A stretch of 60,797 bases of DNA from Candidatus Woesearchaeota archaeon (GTDB lineage: Archaea; Nanobdellota; Nanobdellia; UBA10117; GCA-020343615). The translations under genes were made by a program, and so were the position numbers. The stretch's first letter is position 1. Every line of letters begins with the position of its first letter. Under the pieces are notes generated by a model. It did not search any database. It worked only from the letters and a program-made list of their open reading frames with translations, and was not told the origin of the DNA. The stretch spans positions 469,709-530,505 of the forward strand of contig CP070803.1 of NCBI GenBank assembly GCA_020343615.1. The letters are read 5' to 3'. This document shows positions 24,387 through 31,817 of the stretch, piece by piece.

Positions 24387-24749
24387 ATGGTAAAAATAGA
24401 ATATATCTCTTTAAAAAATCTTCAAGTAGGAAGAGTAAAAATAGAAGTAAAAACTAAAGGTGCTCGAACATCATGGCAACCTTTAACGCATGAAGAAAAT
24501 GCATTTACTGTAAAAGGATTATCCGATCGTGTTTATCAAGTAACTCCCGCACCAGCACCATATTCTCCAAAGTTAAGAGCAGTAGACGTAGCTTCCGATG
24601 TAGTAAAGAAAGAGTATGGCGATGACACTATCTATATTTCTCAACAGATTAGATTTAATCCAGATAGAATCGAGGAATCATTAAACAAGCCAGTAGATGT
24701 TTTGACAGGTACATTAACTTTGGAAGGGCTAATAATAAAGAAAAAGTAA
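24387..24749 (+). CDS. family-A small protein, copy 1
   Basis: 120 aa: MVKIEYISLKNLQVGRVKIEV...KKEYGDDTIYISQQIRF...GTLTLEGLIIKKK. Paralogous to 24751 and 25100. Confidence 0.6.
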   Translation: MVKIEYISLKNLQVGRVKIEVKTKGARTSWQPLTHEENAFTVKGLSDRVYQVTPAPAPYSPKLRAVDVASDVVKKEYGDDTIYISQQIRFNPDRIEESLNKPVDVLTGTLTLEGLIIKKK

Positions 24750-24750
24750 A

Positions 24751-25131
24751 ATGGTAGAAACAAATTATAACCCTTTAAAAAACAAAGAAGTTGGAACAAT
24801 AGAGATAAAAGTAGAAACCACGCCTTTTGGCCATCCAAAAGACCGATGCGCGTTTATTATAAAAAACAAAGACCTAAAAAAAGACCATATTTATCATATT
24901 CGTATTTCTAGAATCGCTGATCCACAGCCTCTTTCCCCTCAAACAGTGGAATATATAGGTAAAAACATTATAAGGCAAGAATATGGAGAAGAAGCCATAT
25001 ACATACACCAAAGCTATCGATATGTCCCTCTAAAAAAAGGTATCAGCAATTTAGAGGGGAATCTAACTCTACAAGGTCTTCTAATTAAAGAAAAAGATGA
25101 TGGTAGAAATAAAAGAGACTTCGATAAATGA
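24751..25131 (+). CDS. family-A small protein, copy 2
   Basis: 126 aa: MVETNYNPLKNKEVGTIEIKV...RQEYGEEAIYIHQSYRY...GNLTLQGLLIKEK. The tail overlaps the next gene. Confidence 0.6.
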   Translation: MVETNYNPLKNKEVGTIEIKVETTPFGHPKDRCAFIIKNKDLKKDHIYHIRISRIADPQPLSPQTVEYIGKNIIRQEYGEEAIYIHQSYRYVPLKKGISNLEGNLTLQGLLIKEKDDGRNKRDFDK

Positions 25132-25492
25132 TAATTTAACCGAAGTAAAGATAGAAGCAGAAGTTAGACGAGCGCATAAAGGTATTAAGAGAATACTATT
25201 AGAGAATATATTTAGAGAATGTATATTTAAAGTAGAGGGCATAGACTTTACATATTTTTCCGTTAAACCTATTAAATTTAAAAGCGGTGGTCTCCTTACA
25301 AAACATAAACTTCTAGATCCTGGAATGAGGGCTGAAGAAATAGGTAGGTATATTCTAGCAAATCACTATGATGGACCCTTTAAGTTCATTTCTAAAAACG
25401 AATACAGGTTTAAACCAGATGAAGGTAAAGAACATCCTACTCTAGATGGAAAATTAACCATATATGGATTTATAGTCAAGGGGGTAGAATAG
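25100..25492 (+). CDS. family-A small protein, copy 3 (divergent)
   Basis: 130 aa: MVEIKETSINDNLTEVKIEAEV...ANHYDGPFKFISKNEYRF...GKLTIYGFIVKG. Start taken at the second ATG to match the MV(E/K) starts of its paralogs. Confidence 0.55.
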   Translation: MVEIKETSINDNLTEVKIEAEVRRAHKGIKRILLENIFRECIFKVEGIDFTYFSVKPIKFKSGGLLTKHKLLDPGMRAEEIGRYILANHYDGPFKFISKNEYRFKPDEGKEHPTLDGKLTIYGFIVKGVE

Positions 25493-25496
25493 AAAA

Positions 25497-25799
25497 ATGA
25501 AATGGAAATTTGAAGATTCTAAATTAGAAAAAGTAGTAGATAGAACTGTAATTAGATTATACGGTATATTTACAGATCCAACAGATACAACATTGCTTGC
25601 TAGACGAGGCGATAGTAGAGGAATAGAACCGACGAAGCGCATAATTGAGATTCTTCCATTGGACGGAAAAATCACTAACCTTGAAAAATACAAAGACTAT
25701 ATTGTTCCTAGCTTCGAAGAGTTAGAAGAAACTGATGAATATATCACATTTCAGGCTCTTAAGGAAAAGTTTCGGATTTATTATCAGCCGCAGAAATAA
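25497..25799 (+). CDS. family-B small protein, copy 1 (divergent)
   Basis: 100 aa ending EKFRIYYQPQK. The internal segment RIIEILPLDGKITNLE aligns with IMIYPSQGEINIDI and IVVSPSEGKVAYSI in the other two copies. Confidence 0.55.
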   Translation: MKWKFEDSKLEKVVDRTVIRLYGIFTDPTDTTLLARRGDSRGIEPTKRIIEILPLDGKITNLEKYKDYIVPSFEELEETDEYITFQALKEKFRIYYQPQK

Positions 25800-25800
25800 A

Positions 25801-26094
25801 ATGAAATGTAAAATTGAGAACAATGATCTGGATCTGGAAGAGAAAGTGGGAAAAATATTAGATAAATTACTTCAAGTAAATCCTAGTTCATCAGGAACAG
25901 AATTAATTGCTGAGTGGGGTAAAAAATACGGACGTAAAGGCCGTAAAAAGTCAATCATGATTTACCCTTCCCAGGGAGAAATAAATATTGATATTATTGC
26001 AAGATGTTCTAATGGTAATTCAAGTCATAAGAGACTTGAAGTTTTCTATAAAGATGATCTATACGATATTTTTTATCTTCCTCAAAAACAATAG
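25801..26094 (+). CDS. family-B small protein, copy 2
   Basis: 97 aa. ATG 25801 lies 1 nt after the previous stop. ELIAEWGKKYGRKGRKKSIMIYPSQGEINIDI...HKRLEVFYKDDLYDIFYLPQKQ. Confidence 0.6.
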   Translation: MKCKIENNDLDLEEKVGKILDKLLQVNPSSSGTELIAEWGKKYGRKGRKKSIMIYPSQGEINIDIIARCSNGNSSHKRLEVFYKDDLYDIFYLPQKQ

Positions 26095-26102
26095 AATAGA
26101 AA

Positions 26103-26426
26103 ATGGTAAATTTCAAGATTAAAGGTTACGGAAAAGAAAAATTAGAAGGAATAATATTCAGAGATTTAAGTAAATTAATCGAAATATCCAAAGATTCAGA
26201 TAATCCTAGTACAGATTTAGTTGTTAAATTCGGTAGAACCTGGGGAGGAAAAAATAAACAAACAATAGTAGTTTCTCCCTCTGAAGGAAAAGTCGCATAT
26301 AGTATTAATACTCCTAGAGGCTACAACGCGATTGGGTTTCAAGTAGATAATATAACTCACAAAAGTTTTCGGATATTCTACAAAGGTAAGAAATTCGATT
26401 TTTACTATAATCCACGTAAACGATAA
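26103..26426 (+). CDS. family-B small protein, copy 3
   Basis: 107 aa: DLVVKFGRTWGGKNKQTIVVSPSEGKVAYSI...HKSFRIFYKGKKFDFYYNPRKR. Confidence 0.6.
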   Translation: MVNFKIKGYGKEKLEGIIFRDLSKLIEISKDSDNPSTDLVVKFGRTWGGKNKQTIVVSPSEGKVAYSINTPRGYNAIGFQVDNITHKSFRIFYKGKKFDFYYNPRKR

Positions 26427-26465
26427 AATTAAAAATACTTCTTTATTTCATCTTTTTTATGTTAA

Positions 26466-27815
26466 TCATTCTTCAATCTTCCAAAGTATAGCAGGATTTG
26501 CTCTAGTTTTCGCTTTACCATATCTGGAGATTAATCCTTCTTTTTCTAAGTTATGTAGAAAATGCATGACAGTAGATTTATAGATATTTAATTCATTAGC
26601 AAGCCAAACAGATGTTCGCGGTTTTTCTTTAAGAAATTCTAAAATTTTCTTTTTAGTTACTCCCTTTTGCCTACTAACACCTTTTCTTTTCACTTCAAAT
26701 TTATGCATCCTTCTTAATTTGTAAATTATTGCCGAATCTTTAGCTACTCCGATTTTAGAAATAATTCCTAGAGAATATAATTTTTTAATATGAGATCTTA
26801 CTCCTTGCCTTGATATCTTTAATATTCTCGCTAATTCATTTATAGTCCTTGGTTTCTCCTTAATTAATTTTATAATTATATTTTTAGTTTGTCCCTGACT
26901 TTTACTTCTCCACAGCTTATTTTTCCGAATTATAAAATCTTCAATCTGTTTCTCTTTATAACCTAAGCCTACACATGGGAATTTCCTCTTTAGATTTGAG
27001 TAATCTTTCCATAACTCTCTGACACCTTCACCTAAAATATATAGTTTTCGAGGTTTTAGGGAAGATTTATAATTACATCTATCGCATATAGTCTTTAAAT
27101 CTCGTAATAGTTCTTCGTTATGAAGTCCAATAACAATTTGCCCAGAATCAACGTGTCCTTCATCTATTATAAACGCTAAAATAACGGCAAATAGCTCATC
27201 TTTTTTTAAATTAAACCATTCTTTTGGAATCCTTGCTCTGTCTGAAAGAAATTCTTCAGGTTTAATATCTACTTTATTTGCCATTGCCATAGATAAAGAT
27301 GAGGGTAGATATACTCTACTTTTCGCTACATTCACGTCTATTTTTCCAAATTGTGAGTTAACCTTATTAATAAATAAAGTAAGTAATTCTCGATTATATT
27401 GTACGTAACCGAAATAAGGAGTTTTATTTTTTATTCGTATACAATTTCCATCAGCCATTATATGCGCAAGAGTCATATAGAATAAAGGAGATATTTCAAT
27501 AGGAAGTTTAGGCCTTTTTACATTTATTCTCCCCCTAGAAGATCGATAGCTAATTATATTTCTTTCCATTCTAGATAATGGGATATCTAGGCATACACAA
27601 CATTTTGTTAAAATGTCAACAGGAATAAAATAAGGGTTAGAGAATTTAAGCATATTTTTAAAGTAAGTAAATGAAACTTCTAAATCTAAGTTAGAATAAA
27701 ACTTTCCCTGAGTTTTGTATTTGTTCTTTATCTTTTGTTTTATTTCTTTTAAAAAAGTTTTATAAACTCTTACAGATACGTTAGGAAAATCGAAAATATG
27801 AATGCACTTAACCAT
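26466..27815 (-). CDS. free-standing double-motif LAGLIDADG endonuclease-like protein fused to two C-terminal winged-HTH domains
   Basis: LAGLIDADG-like motifs TLAHIMADGN and ILAFIIDEGHVD lie ~100 aa apart. The C-terminus has two ArsR/MarR-like wHTH units (KPRTINELARILKISRQGVRSHIKKLYSLGIISK; KPRTSVWLANELNIYKSTVMHFLHNLEKEGLISR). It is not embedded in an intron or intein host gene. Confidence 0.7.
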   Translation of the reverse strand: MVKCIHIFDFPNVSVRVYKTFLKEIKQKIKNKYKTQGKFYSNLDLEVSFTYFKNMLKFSNPYFIPVDILTKCCVCLDIPLSRMERNIISYRSSRGRINVKRPKLPIEISPLFYMTLAHIMADGNCIRIKNKTPYFGYVQYNRELLTLFINKVNSQFGKIDVNVAKSRVYLPSSLSMAMANKVDIKPEEFLSDRARIPKEWFNLKKDELFAVILAFIIDEGHVDSGQIVIGLHNEELLRDLKTICDRCNYKSSLKPRKLYILGEGVRELWKDYSNLKRKFPCVGLGYKEKQIEDFIIRKNKLWRSKSQGQTKNIIIKLIKEKPRTINELARILKISRQGVRSHIKKLYSLGIISKIGVAKDSAIIYKLRRMHKFEVKRKGVSRQKGVTKKKILEFLKEKPRTSVWLANELNIYKSTVMHFLHNLEKEGLISRYGKAKTRANPAILWKIEE

Positions 27816-27867
27816 AGAAAAACTTAAGTAACCGTAGTTTATAAAATTTACTAGAGGTGTTTACCTA

Positions 27868-29067
27868 ATGGTCCTTATAGGAATAGTAGGCGGTCCTAAT
27901 AAAGGCAAGAGCACTTTTTTTAAGGCAGCTACCTTAGCTGATGCTGAGATTGCTAATTACCCATTCACGACTATAAAACCAAACAGTGGCGTGAGCTTTG
28001 TACGAGTAAAATGCCCTGAGAAGGAATTTAACTTAAAATGTAGCCCAAATCACGGTTTCTGTATAAGAGGAAACAGGTTTCTTCCTGTAAAATTATTAGA
28101 TGTAGCAGGTCTCGTACCTGATGCACATCTAGGTAAAGGACTGGGTAATGAATTCCTTAGTGACTTGAGTCAGGCAGATGCTTTGATTCACATAGTTGAC
28201 GTTTCAGGATCAACTACTGAAAAAGGTGAACCTTGTGAGGCAGGAACTTATGACCCTTGTAATGATATTAGATTCTTAGAAGAAGAAATAGACCTCTGGT
28301 TTGATAATATTCTAGTTAAAAGCTGTAGCAAGTTTGCCAAAAGAACAACCTTAGAATCAAAAGACGAAGATAAGGAAATAGCTGAACAATTCTCTGGTTT
28401 GAAAATAGACCTAGGAATGGTCAAGGATGCTAGAAAGAAAACAGAGCTTACCAAGAAAATAAAGGATTGGAGTGAAGATGAAGTTAAGAATTTTGCAAAG
28501 CAATTAAGAATCGTTTCCAAACCAATAATAATTGCTGCCAATAAAGTAGATATTCCTTGTGCTGAAGCTAATCTGAAGATTATCAAAGAGAAATTCCCAG
28601 ATTTAAAGATAATTCCTTGTTCTTCAGAAGCTGAATTAGCACTTAAGGAAGCTGCTAAGCATGAATTAGTCGAGTATATTCCTGGAGAAAAGGAGTTCAA
28701 AGTACTAGCAGAAGATAAGCTAAATGAAAAGCAAAAGAAGGGCTTAGAATTCGTTAAGAAATTCTTAGATAAATGGGGCTCTACAGGAGTTCAGGATTGT
28801 CTGAATTTAGCTGTTTTCGAAGAACTAGATTATATTGTAGCATATCCAGTAGAAGATGGTAATAAATTCTCAGATAATAAAGGAAACGTATTTCCTGATG
28901 GCTTTTTATTGCGTAAAGGAAGCAATGCTCTGGATTTAGCCTATGCTGTTCATAGTGCTATTGGAGACAAGTTCATCAAGGCTATAGATGCTAGAACAAA
29001 GCAGGTAATTGGAAAAGAGCATACTCTAAAAAATAACGATATAATTGAAATTGTAAGTGGAAAGTGA
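27868..29067 (+). CDS. Obg/YchF-type P-loop GTPase/ATPase with C-terminal TGS domain
   Basis: G1 GGPNKGKST, G2 YPFTTI, G3 DVAGLV, NKVD, and a C-terminal TGS-like segment GSNALDLAYAVHSAIGDKFIKAIDARTKQVIGKEHTLKNNDIIEIV. Confidence 0.85.
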   Translation: MVLIGIVGGPNKGKSTFFKAATLADAEIANYPFTTIKPNSGVSFVRVKCPEKEFNLKCSPNHGFCIRGNRFLPVKLLDVAGLVPDAHLGKGLGNEFLSDLSQADALIHIVDVSGSTTEKGEPCEAGTYDPCNDIRFLEEEIDLWFDNILVKSCSKFAKRTTLESKDEDKEIAEQFSGLKIDLGMVKDARKKTELTKKIKDWSEDEVKNFAKQLRIVSKPIIIAANKVDIPCAEANLKIIKEKFPDLKIIPCSSEAELALKEAAKHELVEYIPGEKEFKVLAEDKLNEKQKKGLEFVKKFLDKWGSTGVQDCLNLAVFEELDYIVAYPVEDGNKFSDNKGNVFPDGFLLRKGSNALDLAYAVHSAIGDKFIKAIDARTKQVIGKEHTLKNNDIIEIVSGK

Positions 29068-29103
29068 ACGATAAATTTTTATAATTTTTACTATTAGATA
29101 AGT

Positions 29104-29292
29104 ATGGCAAATAAGACATTAGAAAAAAGAATAGGTAGAGATCCAAGGACTAAAGCAATACTTCCTATCGCAATAGTAGATAAAGTAAATTATAATCCTT
29201 TAAATAATAAAATTCATATTAATGACAAAGGATATAATAAAATCAAAAAAACTCATAAATATCATACTCGAGAGAGTAAACCAATAGGTTAA
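29104..29292 (+). CDS. hypothetical small protein
   Basis: 62-aa basic ORF. It contains VNYNPLNNKIHI, resembling the N-terminus of family-A copy 2 (TNYNPLKNKEVG). Significance unknown. Confidence 0.35.
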   Translation: MANKTLEKRIGRDPRTKAILPIAIVDKVNYNPLNNKIHINDKGYNKIKKTHKYHTRESKPIG

Positions 29293-29307
29293 ATAATAAG
29301 TAAGATA

Positions 29308-30690
29308 TTAAACTGTAGTTTTATTATACACTTTAACTAATTCTGGTAAATAAGTCCCAGAGTATAATGAATCTTCAAATGCTATTTTAAATGGTTCTTC
29401 TAAATGTAATTTCTTACCCGCTCTATTATATTCTGGGTACCTATTAACATTCCCGAATACATCTTTTTTCTTTATGACTGGAACATAGGCTTCAGGTATT
29501 ACATTCCATACGAACTCATCCAACCAGTCTTCAGGTAATTTATCCTTAAACTTATCTTTAAGATGAATAGCTTGAACGCAGATATCGAACAGCTTTTTGG
29601 AATAATCTTCTTCACTAAATCCACTTCTAGGTTTACTTACTTTATCTGATAAACCACTAATTCTACCGTATTTTTGAAGAAGTCTACTAATATATGTTGG
29701 ATGAGGAAAATTATCTAAAACTGGTTCTTCCATCATGACCGAATAGAGAAGTAATTCATTAGGAACGCATCCTTTTTTTACAAGTTTTTCCTTGGCTAAA
29801 TCTGCAAAGGTTTCGTAGCTGATATATTCTACTTCTTTTTCACCATCAAGATGAGTCCAGATGGTAGTAGTACCCATTTTTCCAGAATTTTCAAATTCAT
29901 TCACAAAATTAACAAGAGATCTAGGACTTCTGTCACTATTATTATAAAAAAAAGTAACAATAAAGTCATCTACTCTAACATTAGAGTCTTCAAAAAGCGA
30001 TCCAAATTGATTTACTTTAAATTTTGGAAATAATATTTTAGATAAATAATTCTTAGAATCACGTAGGTATCTTACTTCTTCCTTACTTTTAGTACTATGT
30101 GATTTACTAGGTCTTACTTCTCCGAATTTTAAGAGAACGTCATCAAGTGTTTTAATTCCTGCTTTGTCCAAATAATGTGAAAGTTGTGCTTCCGAAACAA
30201 GCATAATATTTTTTCCTCTATTTGCTTCATAAATTGTACCTTGTAAAAGATTTTCAAATTTTTTAGGTTCAAGAGTACCTTCTACTATTGAATCTCCCAT
30301 ATAATGTATATCATCAATAATTATAGGATTACAATAATTTAACAGATCACTTACTGAATTTTTTTGATATAATTCTTTAATTATGTCGAATCTTTCTCCC
30401 CATGTTTCTTTTGTGGCTATTTTTTCAGGGTCTAATGCTTCGATTTTATTTGATTTTTTATAAATAAACATAACTGGAAAAGGATTAGATTTATCTTTCG
30501 CAATGTTAGATAAAGCTTTTCTAATATGGAAAGTTTTACCTATACCTTTCGGAGCAAGTAAGTATTTAGGATATCTTTTATTATAACTTGTTAAATTTAC
30601 TACGAGATTATCAACAAAATCTTGAGAGATAGGTCTTAATGTCTCAAGTTCTTCCAGAGTGTAATCTTCAGCTCGGGGTTTCATAGCCAT
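29308..30690 (-). CDS. P-loop NTPase (archaeal ATPase/AAA-like) with large uncharacterised C-terminal region
   Basis: Walker A LLAPKGIGKTF and Walker B-like NPIIIDDIHYMGD in the N-terminal ~170 aa. The remaining ~290 aa are unassigned. Confidence 0.6.
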   Translation of the reverse strand: MAMKPRAEDYTLEELETLRPISQDFVDNLVVNLTSYNKRYPKYLLAPKGIGKTFHIRKALSNIAKDKSNPFPVMFIYKKSNKIEALDPEKIATKETWGERFDIIKELYQKNSVSDLLNYCNPIIIDDIHYMGDSIVEGTLEPKKFENLLQGTIYEANRGKNIMLVSEAQLSHYLDKAGIKTLDDVLLKFGEVRPSKSHSTKSKEEVRYLRDSKNYLSKILFPKFKVNQFGSLFEDSNVRVDDFIVTFFYNNSDRSPRSLVNFVNEFENSGKMGTTTIWTHLDGEKEVEYISYETFADLAKEKLVKKGCVPNELLLYSVMMEEPVLDNFPHPTYISRLLQKYGRISGLSDKVSKPRSGFSEEDYSKKLFDICVQAIHLKDKFKDKLPEDWLDEFVWNVIPEAYVPVIKKKDVFGNVNRYPEYNRAGKKLHLEEPFKIAFEDSLYSGTYLPELVKVYNKTTV

Positions 30691-30794
30691 TCTATACCTA
30701 ATTACTACAAATTAGTTACGATTATATTTATAAGTTTTTCTATTAATTAATTCTAGAATGTCCTAAACATCTACTGGTTTTTATAATAACAACA

Positions 30795-30807
30795 AAGTTT
30801 TTAAACT
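30795..30807 (+). promoter_or_regulatory. candidate BRE/TATA element for rps17e
   Basis: AAAGTTTTTAAAC lies ~35 nt upstream of ATG 30836, and a second TTTTATAAATT lies at 30810-30820. AAGGA precedes the ATG. Confidence 0.4.
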
Positions 30808-30835
30808 CCTTTTATAAATTAGACTAAGGAAAATA

Positions 30836-31024
30836 ATGGGTAGAGTTAGAACGAGTTCGGTGAAGAGAGCAGCAGAAGAACTAATGTTAGAGTTCCCTAA
30901 TCAGTTTACTAAAAAATTTGAAGAAAACAAGAAAAAAGTAGCCGAATTAGCAGATGTGGGGACAAGGAAATTGAGAAACATGATCGCTGGGTATATTACA
31001 AAGAAAGTGAAATCAGCAAAGTAA
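30836..31024 (+). CDS. rps17e: 30S ribosomal protein S17e
   Basis: MGRVRTSSVKRAAEELMLEFPNQFTKKFEENKKKV...RKLRNMIAGYITK matches the S17e pattern. Confidence 0.9.
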   Translation: MGRVRTSSVKRAAEELMLEFPNQFTKKFEENKKKVAELADVGTRKLRNMIAGYITKKVKSAK

Positions 31025-31062
31025 TGGTCCTCTTGGACAATATTGAATGAGGTGAAAGGAAA

Positions 31063-31362
31063 ATGCCAGGAAAACAAGGAAGAAAAGAAGAAGACGCAAT
31101 TTTTGTTGGCGGAAAGCCCTTCATGAATTATGTAACCGCCGTTGTTATGCAGTTTTCTAGCGAAGGCGCAGACACAGTAACCATAAAATCTAGAGGTAAG
31201 TTTATTTCCAGAGCTGTTGATGTAGCAGAAGTCGTTAGAAATAGATTCATGAAAGACAAAGTAGACATAACAAAAATAGAAATTGGATCAGAAGAATTCG
31301 AAAATGAAGAAGGTAAGAATGTACGAGTTTCTACTATGGAAATTACATTGAAGAAGAAGTAA
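31063..31362 (+). CDS. albA: DNA/RNA-binding protein Alba
   Basis: [19 protein letters not shown]...[24 protein letters not shown]...[16 protein letters not shown] precedes the ATG. Confidence 0.9.
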   Translation: MPGKQGRKEEDAIFVGGKPFMNYVTAVVMQFSSEGADTVTIKSRGKFISRAVDVAEVVRNRFMKDKVDITKIEIGSEEFENEEGKNVRVSTMEITLKKK

Positions 31363-31395
31363 ATTTTCTTCTTCATTTATTTTTTTATTTTTTAT
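31350..31395 (+). terminator. hairpin plus oligo-T tract after albA
   Basis: GAAGAAGAAG (31350-31359) pairs with TTTCTTCTTC (31365-31374) around a ~5-nt loop, followed by ATTTATTTTTTTATTTTTT. The stem includes the albA stop codon. Confidence 0.5.
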
Positions 31396-31481
31396 AAAAA
31401 GAAATAACAAGTATTAAAGAATTTAAAGATAATCTAGAAGGAATATTAAAAGATACAAAAGTAGATTTTAAAGGTTCTCGC

Positions 31482-31754
31482 GTGAGTATTTCTAATCCGT
31501 GGTATTCAGTATTTATCACAAAAAGAGTGATTAGGGAAGAAAGCAAGGGTCTTATTTTCAAGGTTCCTGAAGTAGTTGCAGTATACGATCCTCCAATAAA
31601 AATTGAAGTAAATCATCATCCTCCTGATATGTACAGTGATATAATTATATCTAGAACCTACACTAATGCTAAGGATTACAACCCTATTTCAGACTTTTCT
31701 ATTTACAGACCATTAGCGGATGCAGTTATATCTGCCAATAATAAAGAAAATTAA
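31482..31754 (+). CDS. hypothetical protein (start uncertain)
   Basis: 90-aa ORF from GTG 31482. The frame is open upstream to 31398 without an ATG, so the gene may be N-terminally degraded or use an unusual start. Confidence 0.3.
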   Translation: MSISNPWYSVFITKRVIREESKGLIFKVPEVVAVYDPPIKIEVNHHPPDMYSDIIISRTYTNAKDYNPISDFSIYRPLADAVISANNKEN

Positions 31755-31782
31755 CCTTCTTTTAATTCTAAATCACTAACCG

Positions 31783-31797
31783 CTATTTTTTTAAAGC
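31783..31797 (+). promoter_or_regulatory. candidate BRE/TATA element for infB
   Basis: CTATTTTTTTAAAGC is centred ~28 nt upstream of ATG 31818. Confidence 0.4.
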
Positions 31798-31817
31798 AAA
31801 GGTTATAGGAGTATAAA

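Noticed and set aside
24641-25693. Minus-strand ORFs 24641-24838 and 25454-25693 within the small-paralog array
   Set aside because: They cross gene junctions of the plus-strand array, whose paralogy across six genes supports the plus-strand frames.
24071-27868. Idea that the paralog array plus the LAGLIDADG gene is an integrated virus or plasmid
   Set aside because: I could find no integrase or recombinase, no flanking tRNA, no direct repeats at the borders and no capsid or replication genes. This stays a speculation only.
28248-28700. 150-aa minus-strand ORF
   Set aside because: It is antisense to the YchF/Obg-like GTPase.
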